A stretch of 64,000 nucleotides of DNA from Squalus acanthias (taxonomy: Eukaryota): positions 134,232,001 through 134,296,000 of the forward strand of contig CM059431.1 of NCBI GenBank assembly GCA_030390025.1, read 5' to 3'. Under the pieces are notes generated by a model. It worked only from the letters and a program-made list of their open reading frames with translations, had not been told where the DNA came from and made no database searches. The position numbers were made by a program, and so were the translations under genes. Shown here in pieces: positions 23,750-35,998 of the stretch (positions within the stretch are counted from its first letter, which is position 1; every line of letters starts with the position of its first letter).

Positions 23750-25241
23750 AATTCTATAGATTATGGAACAGTTCCTATAGATTGGAGGGTGGCAAATGTA
23801 ACCCCACTATTTAAAAAAGGAGGGAGAGAGAAAACAGGGAACTACAGACCGATTAGCCTAACATCAGTGGTAGGGAAAATGCTAGAGTCTATTATAAAGG
23901 ATGTGATAACAGGACACTTAGAAAATATCAACGCGATTAGACAAAGTCAACATGGATTTATGAAAGGGAAGTCGTGTTTGACAAACCTACTGGAGTTTTT
24001 TGAGGATGTAACTGGTAGAATAGATAAGGGAGAACCAGTGGATGTGGTGTATTTGGATTTTCAGAAGGCCTTTGATTAAGTCCCACATAAGAGGTTAGTG
24101 TGCAAAATTAAAGCACATGGGATTGGGGGTAATATACTGGCATGGCTGGAAAATTAATTGATGAACAGGAAACGGAGAGTGGGAATAAATGGGTCTTTTT
24201 CGGGTTGGCAGACGGTGACTAGTGGGGTACCGCAGGGATCAGTGCTTGGGCCCCAGCTATTCACAATATATATCAATGATTTGGATGAGGGAACCAAATG
24301 TAATATTTCCAAGTTTGCTGATGACACAAAACTAGGTGGAATTGTGAGTTGTGAGGAGGATGCAAAGGGGCTTCAAGGCGATTTAGACAAGTTGAGTGAG
24401 TAGGCAAATACATGGCAGATGCAGTAGAACGTGGATAAATGTGAAGTTATCCACTTCGGTAGGAAAAACAGAAAGGCAGAGTATTATTTAAATAGTGATA
24501 GATTGGGAAATGTTGATGTACAGAGGGACCTGGGTGTCCTTGTACACCAGTCACTGAAAGCAAACATGCAGGTGCAGCAAGCAGTTAGGAAGGCAAATGG
24601 TATGTTGGCCTTCATTGCAAGAGGATTTGAGTACAGGAGCAAGGATGTCTTACTACAGTTATACAGGGCCTTGGTGAGACCACACCTGGAGTACTGTGTG
24701 CAGTTTTGGTCTCCTTACATAAGAAAGGATATACTTGCCATAGCGGGAGTGCAGCGAAGGATCACCAGACTGATTCCTGGGAAGGCAGGACTGTCGTATG
24801 AGGAGAGATTGGGTCGACTAGGCCTGCATACACTAGAGTTTAGAAGAATGAGAGGGGATCTCATTGAAACATATAAAATTCTGACAGGGCTAGACAGATT
24901 TGATGCAGGGAGGATGTTTCCCCTGGCTGGGAGGTCTAGAACGAGGGTCAGTCTCAGGATATGGGGTAGGACATTTAGGACTGAGATGAGGAGAAATTTC
25001 TTCACTCAGAGGGTGGTGAACCTGTGGAATTCTCTACCACAGAAGGCTGTGGAGGCCAAGTCACTGAATATATTTAAGAAGGAGATAGATAGATTTCTAG
25101 ACACAAAAGGCATCAAGGGGTATGGGGAGAGAGCGGGAATATGGTATTGAGATAGAGGATCAGCCATGATCATACTGAATGGTGGAGCAGGTTCGAAGGG
25201 CCGAATGGCCTACTCCTGCTCCTATTTTTCTATGTTTCTAG
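23750..25241 (+). mobile_element. 5'-truncated CR1 LINE (subfamily with a single 3' module)
   Basis: RT ORF pieces 23789, 24158, 24431 separated by stops; tail tctatgtttcta. Confidence 0.92.
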
Positions 25242-26400
25242 GAGTAGAATAGCCCTTGGAGAATGTGTGGAAGACTTTGTAGTGAAAATTCATTTGATGG
25301 ATCGAGCATGTCTGAAGAAAAAGGACTTTTAAAAAGACAGATTGTAAAAGACCACAAGCAGAGGATAGCTCACCATAGCAACAAGAATGAATCTATTTTG
25401 AACACCTGTGGACACTGAGAGAAAAGAAGTGAAGTGTCAATCAATCGTGGATTGTATTTGGAATGAACTTGTTGTTGACAATTCACCATCTCATCTTTTA
25501 AAAGCTAGCCAGAATTCAGAAAGGAAAGAAAACTCCACTGCACTGCAACTGCTCCAACCTTGCCTTTAGCTTCCTGGCGGTGCCACCTCACCTGGTACCT
25601 TCCTGACTGCTTGCTATCTCACAGCTTCATACCTATGCAAGCTTACAGATTGAAGTCATAAACTGAAGCTAGAGCTCACTAGCTACTCATCCACTAACCA
25701 GTAACTTTAAAGGGAAGAAGAGTTGGTTGGTGAAATAAAGCAAAGGACCTTTCAAATTATACTAAAAGCCTCTTCAGAGCAGTCAAGAGATGCTACAAAG
25801 GTAGATTATGTTGCAGTGCATTTTGAGGCCAGGAGAGATAATAGGGTGTGGACTATTCATGTTGGCAGGAGGTATTTTGCAACAACCATTCGACAGTATA
25901 TGGTGCAGATGCAGAGAAATCTGTATCAGGGTCTGTTACTGTTGTGGGCAAGGTGAATCCTTGGAAGACCCAGAGCTGAGCCAGTTCCTGCAGGAAGTGC
26001 ATCAGATCAGTGAATGAAATGCAGGCTTAGTATATGACATATCTATACATTGAACTTTACAACTGATATATGCTGGGCTCAGAGACTATAGGCTGAAATG
26101 TTACCTTTGAGTGTCGATGGCAGCGGCGGGGCCGTGGATCACTCATGGAACCCGGAAGTTGGAGAGGCGCGTTTTGCAGTGGTTTTTTAACAAAGCCACT
26201 GCAACTGAATCAGACTTCCAGGTTTCCCGACCAATTAACTGGACTGGGTCCGATGACGTCATGGATGACTCTACTTCAGCTGAGCTATTTAAAGGAGCAA
26301 TGCACAGATGTCACTTGAAAGCTGGTGGAGTTGGAAGCCAGGTTGTGGGAATAGTAAGTTGGTTGTGTTGTAACAATTTGATAAAACTCTAACCTTAAAT

Positions 26401-28150
26401 ATGCAGGCTCAAAGGCAGAAAGCAGCCCCAAGATTCAGTGATGCCTCCTTTGAGATATTACTCCAAGGAGTCAGGGCCCAAAAGGACATCCACTTCCCTG
26501 CTGATGGGAGGAAGAGGCCAGCTGCTCAGATTAAAAATGCATGGCTGGAGATTGCTGACGAAGTGAGCAGCAGGAGTGTTGTTGGTAGGACTTGGATCCA
26601 GTGTCGGAAACGCTTCAACGACCTCATGAGGTCAGGAAAGGTGAGTACAATGCCACATTTCCCTACATCCTGATGTACGTGTCACCCCAACCCCCTTACT
26701 CCTCACACCAACCTTCCTCACATCCCCATCTGACCATCCATAACTGACACTCACCTCATCTTAATGCAATGTTATGCCTCTCCCTCATAGTTACTCTCAA
26801 CAGATGTTGCCTATCCATCCCTTCCACTCATTCCATGATTCTCACTCAAAGGTCTCTTGTTACCCTCCTTGCAGGAGAAGAGAGCACAGAACACCCGGGA
26901 GAGGCAGCAAACCAGTGGTGGACCTCCAATCATGACACCACTCATTTCAACAGAGGAGGCGGCGCTGGAGCTGAGCCACATTGCGGAGTTGCTGGTGGTG
27001 GGAGATGGAGAGAGGGGGACCTCCCAGCTACCTGGTGACAGAATTAAATATCATACAGCCACATGGCATACAACAGTCACTCACGTTGACTTGATGTCAG
27101 CAGCCAAGTGAAATATGATCATGCGCATAATGGTAAGTTAAAACATTCTTGTAACAGTTCTAATTCATGTCTTTACTCTCCAACAGGCTCATAAAGTGTC
27201 TCCGTCACTGTCCAGCCAGAGGAGGAAGAGGACTCCTCAGGGGCGGTCGCGAACTCTGAGGGTGTACCATCACATGACCCATACACACTAAGGACTAGCA
27301 CATATACACACACGTCGGTGTGTCCACCAAGTGAGATAGTAGTGTTGTCACCTGGTGTCTCACACATCAAGTGAGCAAGAGCAGATGGTGGAAACAGGGA
27401 CAGCAGTGGAGAGTCCTCGTTGGAGGGCGCAGGACGCTCCAGGCAGTGCTCAGCTGGATGAAGATGCTGAACCTCGGGGGCCATCAACAAAGCGGATGAT
27501 TCCAGAGGAGCACCAGAAAATGCGGGAGGCTCTGGCAGCTTTTCCAGCCACGATATGCTCGATTGTAGGAAGAATGGAGGAATCCATCTCCAGCATTACC
27601 GCCATGATGTCACAGATCATGTGTTCGTCCATGGAAAGGGTGGACACCTGCATGGAGCATTAAATGTACCAGTCAAACGAGTGCATGGTTGCTGTGAACA
27701 ACAGCTTGCAGATTCTGATTGCAGCCATATCTAGGATGGATAGAAACCTAGACTTGGCCGTTCATCGCCCCACTGATGTGCAGCAAAGTGCTCTCCATTC
27801 CTTGCTAGCAGGGATGTGCGGGTGGGCCATGAGAGAGATGATGGTGAGAGGCGACATGGATGCAGGGACTCTGCTCAAAGCGCTCCGACTTCTCCCCCGT
27901 TGCCGCCCCACCAGTCAGAGCCCCACATGCTGCCTCGTATACCGATGGCCGAGTCTGTCCCTGCACAGGTGCAGGAGGAGCAGTCTTTGGCGGGGCCCCA
28001 ACAGGCTCCAAAACCCAGAGGATGTCCGCCAATAGTATCGAAACAGTCAGAGCAGGTATGTGAGCTGCCTGCCAAGCCTCTGCTGAAGCCACAGGGGTTA
28101 CATGGCGTAGGAGTTGTAAGAAGAATTGTAGATGCACAAGGGTACGCACA
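26401..28150 (+). pseudogene. Harbinger Myb/SANT-like DNA-binding protein; exons 26401-26640, 26875-27034, 27187-~28150 (last exon disrupted)
   Basis: APRFSDASFEILLQGV..W.EIA.EVS..RTWIQCRKRFNDL; canonical GT/AG sites. Confidence 0.8.
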
Positions 28151-28429
28151 TGGGTGTTTTATAAAATGTTGGATGGTTAAGTTTCCGTTGAATTTTTGAG
28201 TCACATAAAATAATTTCTTTACACCACTTTCCCGTCTTGTCCATTTTTGCCTGCTGCCTGGCAAGTGGCCTTGTCAGTTGGAGTGAATGGTAAGATGTCA
28301 CTTAACCTTGAGCAATGGGTGTGTGCGACAGGAATGGTTTGGTCATTTTAGGACTGCTTTGCGGTGGTGGTGGGGGGGGGGGAGCGGGGGGAGAGGGGGA
28401 AGTTGGTTCAGCATCTGGGTATCATATGG

Positions 28430-29600
28430 GCGCACTGGTGCAACCTAACTAAATTATGCCATTATGAGGCCACCCTGGCCTCCCGGGCAGCTATGTGCAT
28501 CGCTGCTAGTGCCATGTCCACTTCAGATTCCTCCTCATCCTCCTCTTCCTCTGAAGAGGCTGTGTGCTCTGCGTCTTGCTCCTCCTGCAGCTCCAATCCT
28601 CGCTACTGCGCTATGTTGTGCAGAGCGCAGCATACCACAATCATTCTGGAGACCCTGGCTGGTGCGTATTGAAGGGGTCCTCCAGATCTGTCCAGGCATC
28701 TGAAGCGCATCTACAGCATCCCGAATGCTTGCTCTATTACAAATGTTGTCGTCATTTGGCTTTGATTGTAGCACTCTTTGGCCTCATTGCTTGGCCTCCT
28801 CAAGGGTGTCATCAGCCACATCTTCACTGAATACCCCTTGTCTCCAAGCAGCCAGCAGTAAGTCTGGCTGGAGGTGCAAAGAGCTGAGGGAGAATGAATG
28901 AATCATGATAGCACTCTGGGAATCTGGCACACATATGCATTATGATCTTTTTGTGGTTGCAGAGGAGCTGCACATTGATGGAGTGGAAGCCCTTACGGTT
29001 CACAAACACTCCTGGGTGATTTGGGGCTGCCTTGATGGCCACATGTGTGCAGTCAATGATGCCCTGCACCTGTGGGAAGCCAGCCAGAGCTGCAAAGCCG
29101 AGCGCCCGCTCAGTCTGACTGGCTTCATCATTTCAACTGAGTGGCAAAGTGTACATAACTGCCTGCCTTGTCAAACACGGCATTCATCACCAGGGTGATG
29201 CATTTGTGGGCGGCCGACTGCAAAGTCCTGCAAATGTCTCCTGCAGATCAATGCAAGGAGCCTGAGGTGAAGAAGTTGAGGGTAGTGGTGACTTTGACAG
29301 CCACTGGTAACACATGTCCACTTAGGAACAGGTCTTCTTCCAGCAGGGTACAAATGTTTGTCACGACCTAATGCAATAGCCTGATCCTCCTGAGGCACTG
29401 GTGTTCAGTCATGTCCAGGAAGCTGATCCTCTGCCTATATACCCTGTGTTGGGGGTATCGCCTCCTGTGAGTGCACCCCTTTGCTCATCCCCTCTCTCCC
29501 ATGGACCGGCAGGAGAAGGTTGCTGCTGGTGTTGCTGCTGCTGTAGCTCATCTTGGTCCTCATCTGAGGTCCAAGGTGAAACAGCATAAGCGGCACCCAT
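28430..29600 (-). pseudogene. Harbinger (HARBI1-like) DDE transposase, frameshifted
   Basis: [36 protein letters not shown]. Confidence 0.82.
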
Positions 29601-29615
29601 GCTGATTTGGTATAT

Positions 29616-29706
29616 TGAGAGGTCGCACAACACCAGGTTATAGTCCAACAGTTTTATTTGAAATCACAAGCTTTCGGAGCTATCGATTTGCTCCTTCCTC
29701 AGGTGA
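29616..29706 (-). mobile_element. 91-bp Penelope-like (pLTR-derived) insert
   Basis: Flanked by an 11-bp direct repeat ATTTGGTATAT (29605-29615, 29707-29717). Contains a hammerhead motif followed by AATAAA. A second copy starts at 63968. Confidence 0.75.
29664..29706 (-). ncRNA. Minimal type I hammerhead ribozyme motif
   Basis: UCAC-CUGAGGA-A-GGAGC-(AAAUCGAUA)-GCUCC-GAAA-GCUU-GUGA: core CUGANGA and GAAA, 5-bp stem II, 4-bp stem I, palindromic AAGCUU in place of stem III. Confidence 0.7.
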
Positions 29707-30218
29707 ATTTGGTATATGACAGAGGTAAAGTGGAGATCAGAGGCACAAGCCTCCAATGTAGTGAGAGTGACTTCCAAAGTTGTAGAAATCATCTGCAAAC
29801 TCCTGAAAGCAAACTCTCAGCACAAGTGGTGTCAGCAAGAGCCTTTCCGTTCGGCAATGAAGCAGGTGTGAGTACTTGTGATTTTTTTTAAACTGTCATT
29901 TGTTCAGCTCCCACAATTGCTGCTGTGCTCTCGCCTTACTATCACTGGTGAGGTCAGCAAGCCCAGGAATCCTATGGACAGCCAGTAAAAGCTGCAACAT
30001 CAAGTAAAAAAGGCTGTTAATAGCCTCTTAATGATCTGTAAACTGCTTTAATTAGGTCACCCACCTCTCCCGAGGAGGTTTCTGGCATGCTAACGCTCCC
30101 GAGTTAAAGATGGAAGCCGGTGGGTTGAAGCCGACTTCCCGACACGGCCAATTTCAGCACTTTTAACTGCCCACCAGCTCGCAAACCTGCACACACTTCA
30201 AAGTAAAAATTCAGCCCG

Positions 30219-30280
30219 ATGAAATAATTCATGATTAGATGAAATAACTCATGATTAGATAGACAGACAGACAGACAGAT
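30219..30280. repeat. 20-bp tandem duplication plus (GACA)n microsatellite
   Basis: atgaaataa(t/c)tcatgattag x2, then agacagacagac. Confidence 0.8.
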
Positions 30281-30284
30281 TAAA

Positions 30285-33200
30285 TAATTACTTTGCTTCA
30301 GTATTTACCAGGGAGACGGATCAGGTGGACATGACATCGGAAGATGAGATTAGAAATTATATAACCGCATTTAGAATAAAAAGAGAAATATTAAATAAAC
30401 TAATCAAACTCAAAGAGGATAAAACTCCTAGTCCGGATGGATTGAATCCATGTATTTTAAAAGAATCTAGAAAAGAGATAGGAGAAACTATTACACATAT
30501 TTAATAATTCATTAGAAAAAGGTGTACTGTCAGAGGACTAGCAGATAGCTAACACTATACCTATATTTAAGAAGGGAGATAGAACATGTCCAGGGAACTA
30601 TAGACCAGTCAGCTTAACATCAGTGGTAGGAAAAATAATGGAATCCCTACTAAAGGAGAAAATAGAAAAACATCTAGAAACCAAAAATATAATAATGAAT
30701 AGTCAGCTTGGATTTCAAAGCTTGACCAACCTTCACTGAATTCTTTGAGAAGGTAAGAGAGTAGACAAGGGTAATTCAGTACATGTAATTTATCTAGATT
30801 TCCAAAAGGCCTTTGATAAGGTGCCACATTAAACTTAAACCCTGTTGGTTATCGTTAATAAGGCCTTTCTGGTGCAGAGTGACTGTTGGTAAACCATTTA
30901 ACTGGTGTAATTTAGAGGGATTGATTTAATTTAAATCCAATTAATTAGAGGGGATACTAGCATCTATAATCGGGCAGAGAGTGTCCATAACTAACAATAA
31001 CATTTTTTAATTAATTACATAGAATGGAGCAGGTGATGTGTTACTGTTGCGAGATGTGGGAGCCGGTGGACCCCATTGAGGCTCACGGTGATTACATCTG
31101 TGACAAGTGTCTGCTGCTACAGGAACTCCAGCTCCGTGTTGATGAGCTGGAGTCTGAGCTTCAGACACTGCGACACATCAGGGTGGGGGAGAAGGACCTG
31201 GACTTTGTGTTTCAGGAGGTGGTCACACCTATGAAGTTAATTAATTCAGATGTAGCCCATGGTCAGGGACAGGACGGTGTGACTACGAGTGAGGCAGGTA
31301 CAGGGATCCAGGAGGTAGTGTTGGAGGAGCCGCAGCCCTTGCTCTTGTCCAACAGGTTCGAGGTTCTTACTCCCTGTGGGGACGGGAGCAGGGACTGCAG
31401 GGAGGATGAGCAACCTGGCCACAGCACCGTGGAACGGGGGGCCATTCAAGAGGGGGGAGTAAATAGAAATGTTGTAGTGGTAGGGGATAGTATTATTAGG
31501 GGGATAGAGTTCTCTGCAGCTGAGAGCGAGAGTCCCGTAGGCTGTGTTGCCTGCCCGGTGCCAGGGTTAAGGACATCTCCTCTGGGCTGGAAAGAAACTT
31601 GCAGTGGGAGGGGGTGGATCCAGTTGTCGTGGTCCATGTTGGTACAAACGACGTAGATAGGACAAGGAAGCAGGTTCTGTTAAAGGAGTATGAGCAGCTA
31701 GGGGTCAAATTAAAAAACAGAACCTCAAGGGTATTAATCTCTGGATTATTACCTGAGCCACGAGCGAATTTGGCTAGGACAAATAAAATTAGAGAGTTAA
31801 ATGAGTGGCTCAAAGACTGGTGTGGGAGAAATGGGTTTTGCTTCCTGGGACACTGGCACCAGTACTGGGGCAGGAGGGAGCTGTTCCGTTGGGACGGGCT
31901 TCACTTGGCCAGTGCTGGGACTAGAGTCCTGGCGGATCATATAACTAGGGCTGTAGAGAGGGCTTTAAACTAACAAGTGGGGGGGGAGGTTCCTAGAGAG
32001 CAAATAATAAAAATGACAACAGAGAAGGTCAAAGACTTAGGTAGCAGTGGGGAAATTAAAAACCAGAGTGTGTCAGGAAGGGGCAGAAGGTATGGAGTAA
32101 AAGGTAAAGTAATAAAAAGGGCAAAAGCAGGAACTAAGTGTCACAAAACATATTTGAAAGTTCTCTATCTGAATGCACGTAGCATTCGTAACAAAATAGA
32201 TGAGTTAATGGCACAAATAACTACATATGGGTATGATCTTGTGGCCATTACAGAAACATGGCTGCAGGGTGACAATGCCTGGGAATTAAACATACCAGGT
32301 TATTTAACGATCAGGAAGGACAGGCAGGAAGGAAGGGGAGGTGGGGTGGCTATGTTAAAAAAGGAAGGAATCACTGTAATACAGAGAAATGATATTGGGT
32401 CAAAAGATCAGGATAATGAAACAGTTTGGGTGGAGATAAGGAATAATAAGGGGAAAAAAACACTAGTGGGCGTAGTCTATAGGCCTCCGAACAGTTGCAA
32501 CTCTGTTGGATGGAGTATCAATCAGGAAATAGTTGAGGCTTGTAATAAGGAAACATCTTTAATTATGGGGGATTTTAACTATCATATTAATTGGACAAAT
32601 CAAATGGGGCAGGGCTGCCTTGAAGATGAGTTCATTGAGTGTATTAGGGATGGGTTTCTTGAGCAGTATGTAACTGAACCGACCAGGGGGCAAGCAACCT
32701 TAGATCTGGCCCTGTGTAACGAGACAGGATTAATTAAAAATGTCCTAGTAAAGGATCCCCTTGGAATGAGTGACCATAACATGGTTGAATTCCATATTCA
32801 ATTAGAGGGTGAGAAGGTTGGATCTCAAACAAGCGTGCTAAGCTTGAATAAAGAGACTATGAAGGTATGCGAGCGGAATTGAGCAGAGTGAATTGGGAAA
32901 ATAGATTAAAGGGTAAGACGATACATGATCAGTGGTGTACATTCAAGGAGTTATTTTACAACTTCCAAAAAATATATATTCCACTGAGAAGAAAAGGGTG
33001 TAAAAGAAAAGACAGTCATCCATGGCTAAGTAAAGACATTAAGGATAATATTCGACTAAAAACAAGGACTTATAAGGTAGCCAAATCTAGTGGGAGGATA
33101 GAGGATTGGGAAAACTTTAAAAGACAGCAAAAAATAACAAAAAGATTGATTAAGAAAGGGAAGATAGATTATGAAAGTAAATTAGCAAAAAATATAAAAA

Positions 33201-35998
33201 CAGATAGTAAGAGTTTTTATTGTTATATAAAAAGAAAAAGGGTGGCTAAAGTAAAAGTTGGTCCCTTAGAGGATGAGACCGGGAAATTAATGGTGGGAAA
33301 TATGGAGATGGCAAATACACTGAATGAATATTTTTTATCAGTCTTCACAGTAGAGGACACTAAGAATATCCCAACACTGGACAAACAGGGGGCTAAAGAG
33401 AGGGAGGAGCTAAACACGATCAAAATGACTAAGGAAGTGGTACTCGGTAAAATAATGGGACTCAAGGCGGATAAATCACCTGGACCTGATGGCTTACATC
33501 CTAGGGTCTTGAGGGAAGTGGCGGTAGGGATTGTGGATGCATTGGTAATAATTTTCCAAAACTCCCTGGACTCAGCAAAGATCCCGGCAGACTGGAAAAC
33601 TGGTAATGTAACACCCTTATTTAAAAAGGGCAGTAGACAGAAGGCTAGAAACTATAGACCGGTTAGCCTAACATCTGTGGTAAGTAAAATTTTGGAGTCC
33701 ATTATTAAGGAGACAGTAACGGGACATTTGGATAATCATAATTTAATAGGACAAAATCAGCATGGTTTTATGAAGGGGAAGTCATGTTTGACAAATTTGC
33801 TGGAGTTCTTTGAGGAAGTAACACACAGGGTGGATAAAGGGGAACCAGTGGATGTGGTGTATTTAGACTTCCAAAAGGCATTGACAAGGTGTCACACAAA
33901 AGATTATTGCTTAAGATAAAAAATCACGGGATTGGGGGTAATATTCTGGCATGGATAGAGGATTGGCTATCTAACAGAAGGCAGAGAGTTGGGATAAATG
34001 GTTCATTCTCAGACTGGCAATCAGTAACTAGTGGTGTTCCGCAGGGGTCAGTGCTGGGTCCCCAACTCTTTACAATCTATATTAACGATTTGGAGGAGGG
34101 GACCGAGTGTAACATATCAAAGTTTGCAGATGATACTAAGATGGGAGGGAAAGTAGTGAGTGAGGAGGACATAAAAAATCTGCAAGGGGACATCGACAGG
34201 CTAAGTAAGTGGGCAGAGATTTGGCAGATGGAATACAATACTGGAAAGTGTGAGGTTATGCACTTTGGCAGGAAAAATAGTAGAGCAAGTTATTATCTAA
34301 ATGGCAAGAAACTGGAAAGTACTGAAGTACAAAGGGATCTGGGGGTCCTGGTGCACGAAACTCAAAAGGTTAGTATGCAGGTGCAGCAAGTGATTAAGAA
34401 GGCCAATGGAATGTTGGCTTTCATTGCTAGGGGGATAGAATATAAAAATAGGGAGGTATTGCTTCAGTTGTACAAGGTATTGGTGAGACCGCACCTGGAA
34501 TACTGCATACAGTTTTGGTGTCCATACTTAAGAAAGGACATACTTGCTCTCGAGTCAGTACAAAGAAGGTTCACTCGGTTAATCCCGGGGATGAGGGGAT
34601 GGACATATGAGGAGAGGTTGGGTAGATTGGGACTCTACTCATTGGAGTTCAGAAGAATGAGAGGCGATCTTATTGAAACATATAAGATTGTGAAGGGGTT
34701 GAATCGGGTGGATGCGGTGAGGATGTTCCCGATGATGGGTGAAACTAGAACTAGGGGGCATAGTCTTAGAATAAGGGGCTGCTCTTTCAAAACTGAGATG
34801 AGAAGGAACTACTTCACTCAGAGGGTGGTAGGTCCATGGAATATGCTGCCCCAAAAAGCTGTAGAAGCTAAACCATTACATAAATTTAAAACAGAAATAG
34901 ACAGTTTCCTAGAAGTAAAGGGAATTAAGGGTTACGGGGAGCGGGCAGGAATTTGGACATGAGTCTAGGTTCGGATCGTTCATGGCCCTGTGGGTAGCGT
35001 AGCGGGCCCAGGGGCCGTGTAACCTGATTCTGCTCCTATTTTCGTGTGTCCAATTCTGTTAGGTTCAGGAGATGGTTCTGTGATAGTAGATTAGCGGTTA
35101 GGATCAGATCAGCCATGATCTTATTGAATGGCGGAGCAGGCTCGAGGGGCCAATTGGCCTACTCCTGCTCCTATTTCTTATGTACTTACGTATGTTCTTA
35201 TAATAGACTAATGAATAAGGTCAGAGCATGCTGAGTCAGAGGACAAGTAGCAGAATGGACAGCAAGCTGGCTGCGAGTAGGGGTAAAGGGTAGCTATTAA
35301 GAGTGGCAGAAGATGAGAAGTGGGGGTCCCACAAGGATCAGTGCTGGGACCACTATTGTTCACAATTTATATTAACAATCTAGACTTTGGAATCAAAAAA
35401 ACAATTTCTAAATTTGCAGACAACACCAAATGGGGGTGGGGGGGGAGAGTGCAGGGAGGGGAAGATTGTCAATACTGAGGAGGACTGCAACAAATTACAA
35501 GACATTAATAAACTTGCAGAATGGGCAAATAATTGGCAAATAAATTTCAACACATAAGTATGAGGTATTACATTTTGATAAGCAAAATTAGGTCACATAT
35601 TACTTGGAAAGTAAAAATCTAAATGGTGTAGAGGAGCAAAGGGATCTGAAAGTAGAATCACTAAAAGTAGTGATGCAGGTTAATAAGGCCATTAAAAAAA
35701 TGCAAACCAAGCACTAGGATTTAGTTCTAGAGGGAGAGAATTGAAAAGTAGAGACGTTATCCTAAACTGGTATCGAACCTTGGTTAGACCAAACTTGGAG
35801 TAGTGCGTAGAGTTCTGGTCGCCATATTATAAAAAGGATAAAAGGTACTGTTGAGAATGCAAAAAAGATTTACAAGGAAGATACCAGAACTGTGAGGTGA
35901 CACCTATCAGGAAAGGATGAACAGGCTGGGTCTCTTTTCTCTTGAAAGAGAAGACTGAGGGGTGACCTATTAGAGGTCTTTAAAATTATGAAAGGTTT
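30285..35998 (+). mobile_element. Old CR1 RT remnant (~30285-30829 and 35201-~35998) split by a younger CR1
   Basis: Sequence joins as gataaggtgccacat|aatagacta (DKVPH-NRL); many stops. Confidence 0.8.
30830..35200 (+). mobile_element. Near full-length CR1 LINE: 5' UTR part, ORF1 (31024-31973, one frameshift), ORF2 (~32012-34962, two frameshifts)
   Basis: ORF1 zinc finger + leucine zipper (CYCCEMWE..YICDKC..LQELQLRV) and SGNH esterase (VGDSI, VHVGTND, DGLHL); ORF2 APE + RT. Confidence 0.95.

Larger units (their letters stand above)
26090..30217 (+). mobile_element. Degraded full-length two-gene PIF/Harbinger transposon
   Basis: Imperfect TIR AGGCTGAAATGTTAC / GTAAAAATTCAGCCC; convergent Myb/SANT (+) and DDE transposase (-) genes. 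Confidence 0.88.

Noticed and set aside
25245..26085. Possible exon or ancient element
   Set aside because: Short ORFs without recognisable motifs; cannot be assigned from sequence alone.
26401..26673. Host MSANTD/NAIF1-like gene
   Set aside because: Lies between Harbinger TIRs next to a decayed transposase, and its last exon is disrupted.
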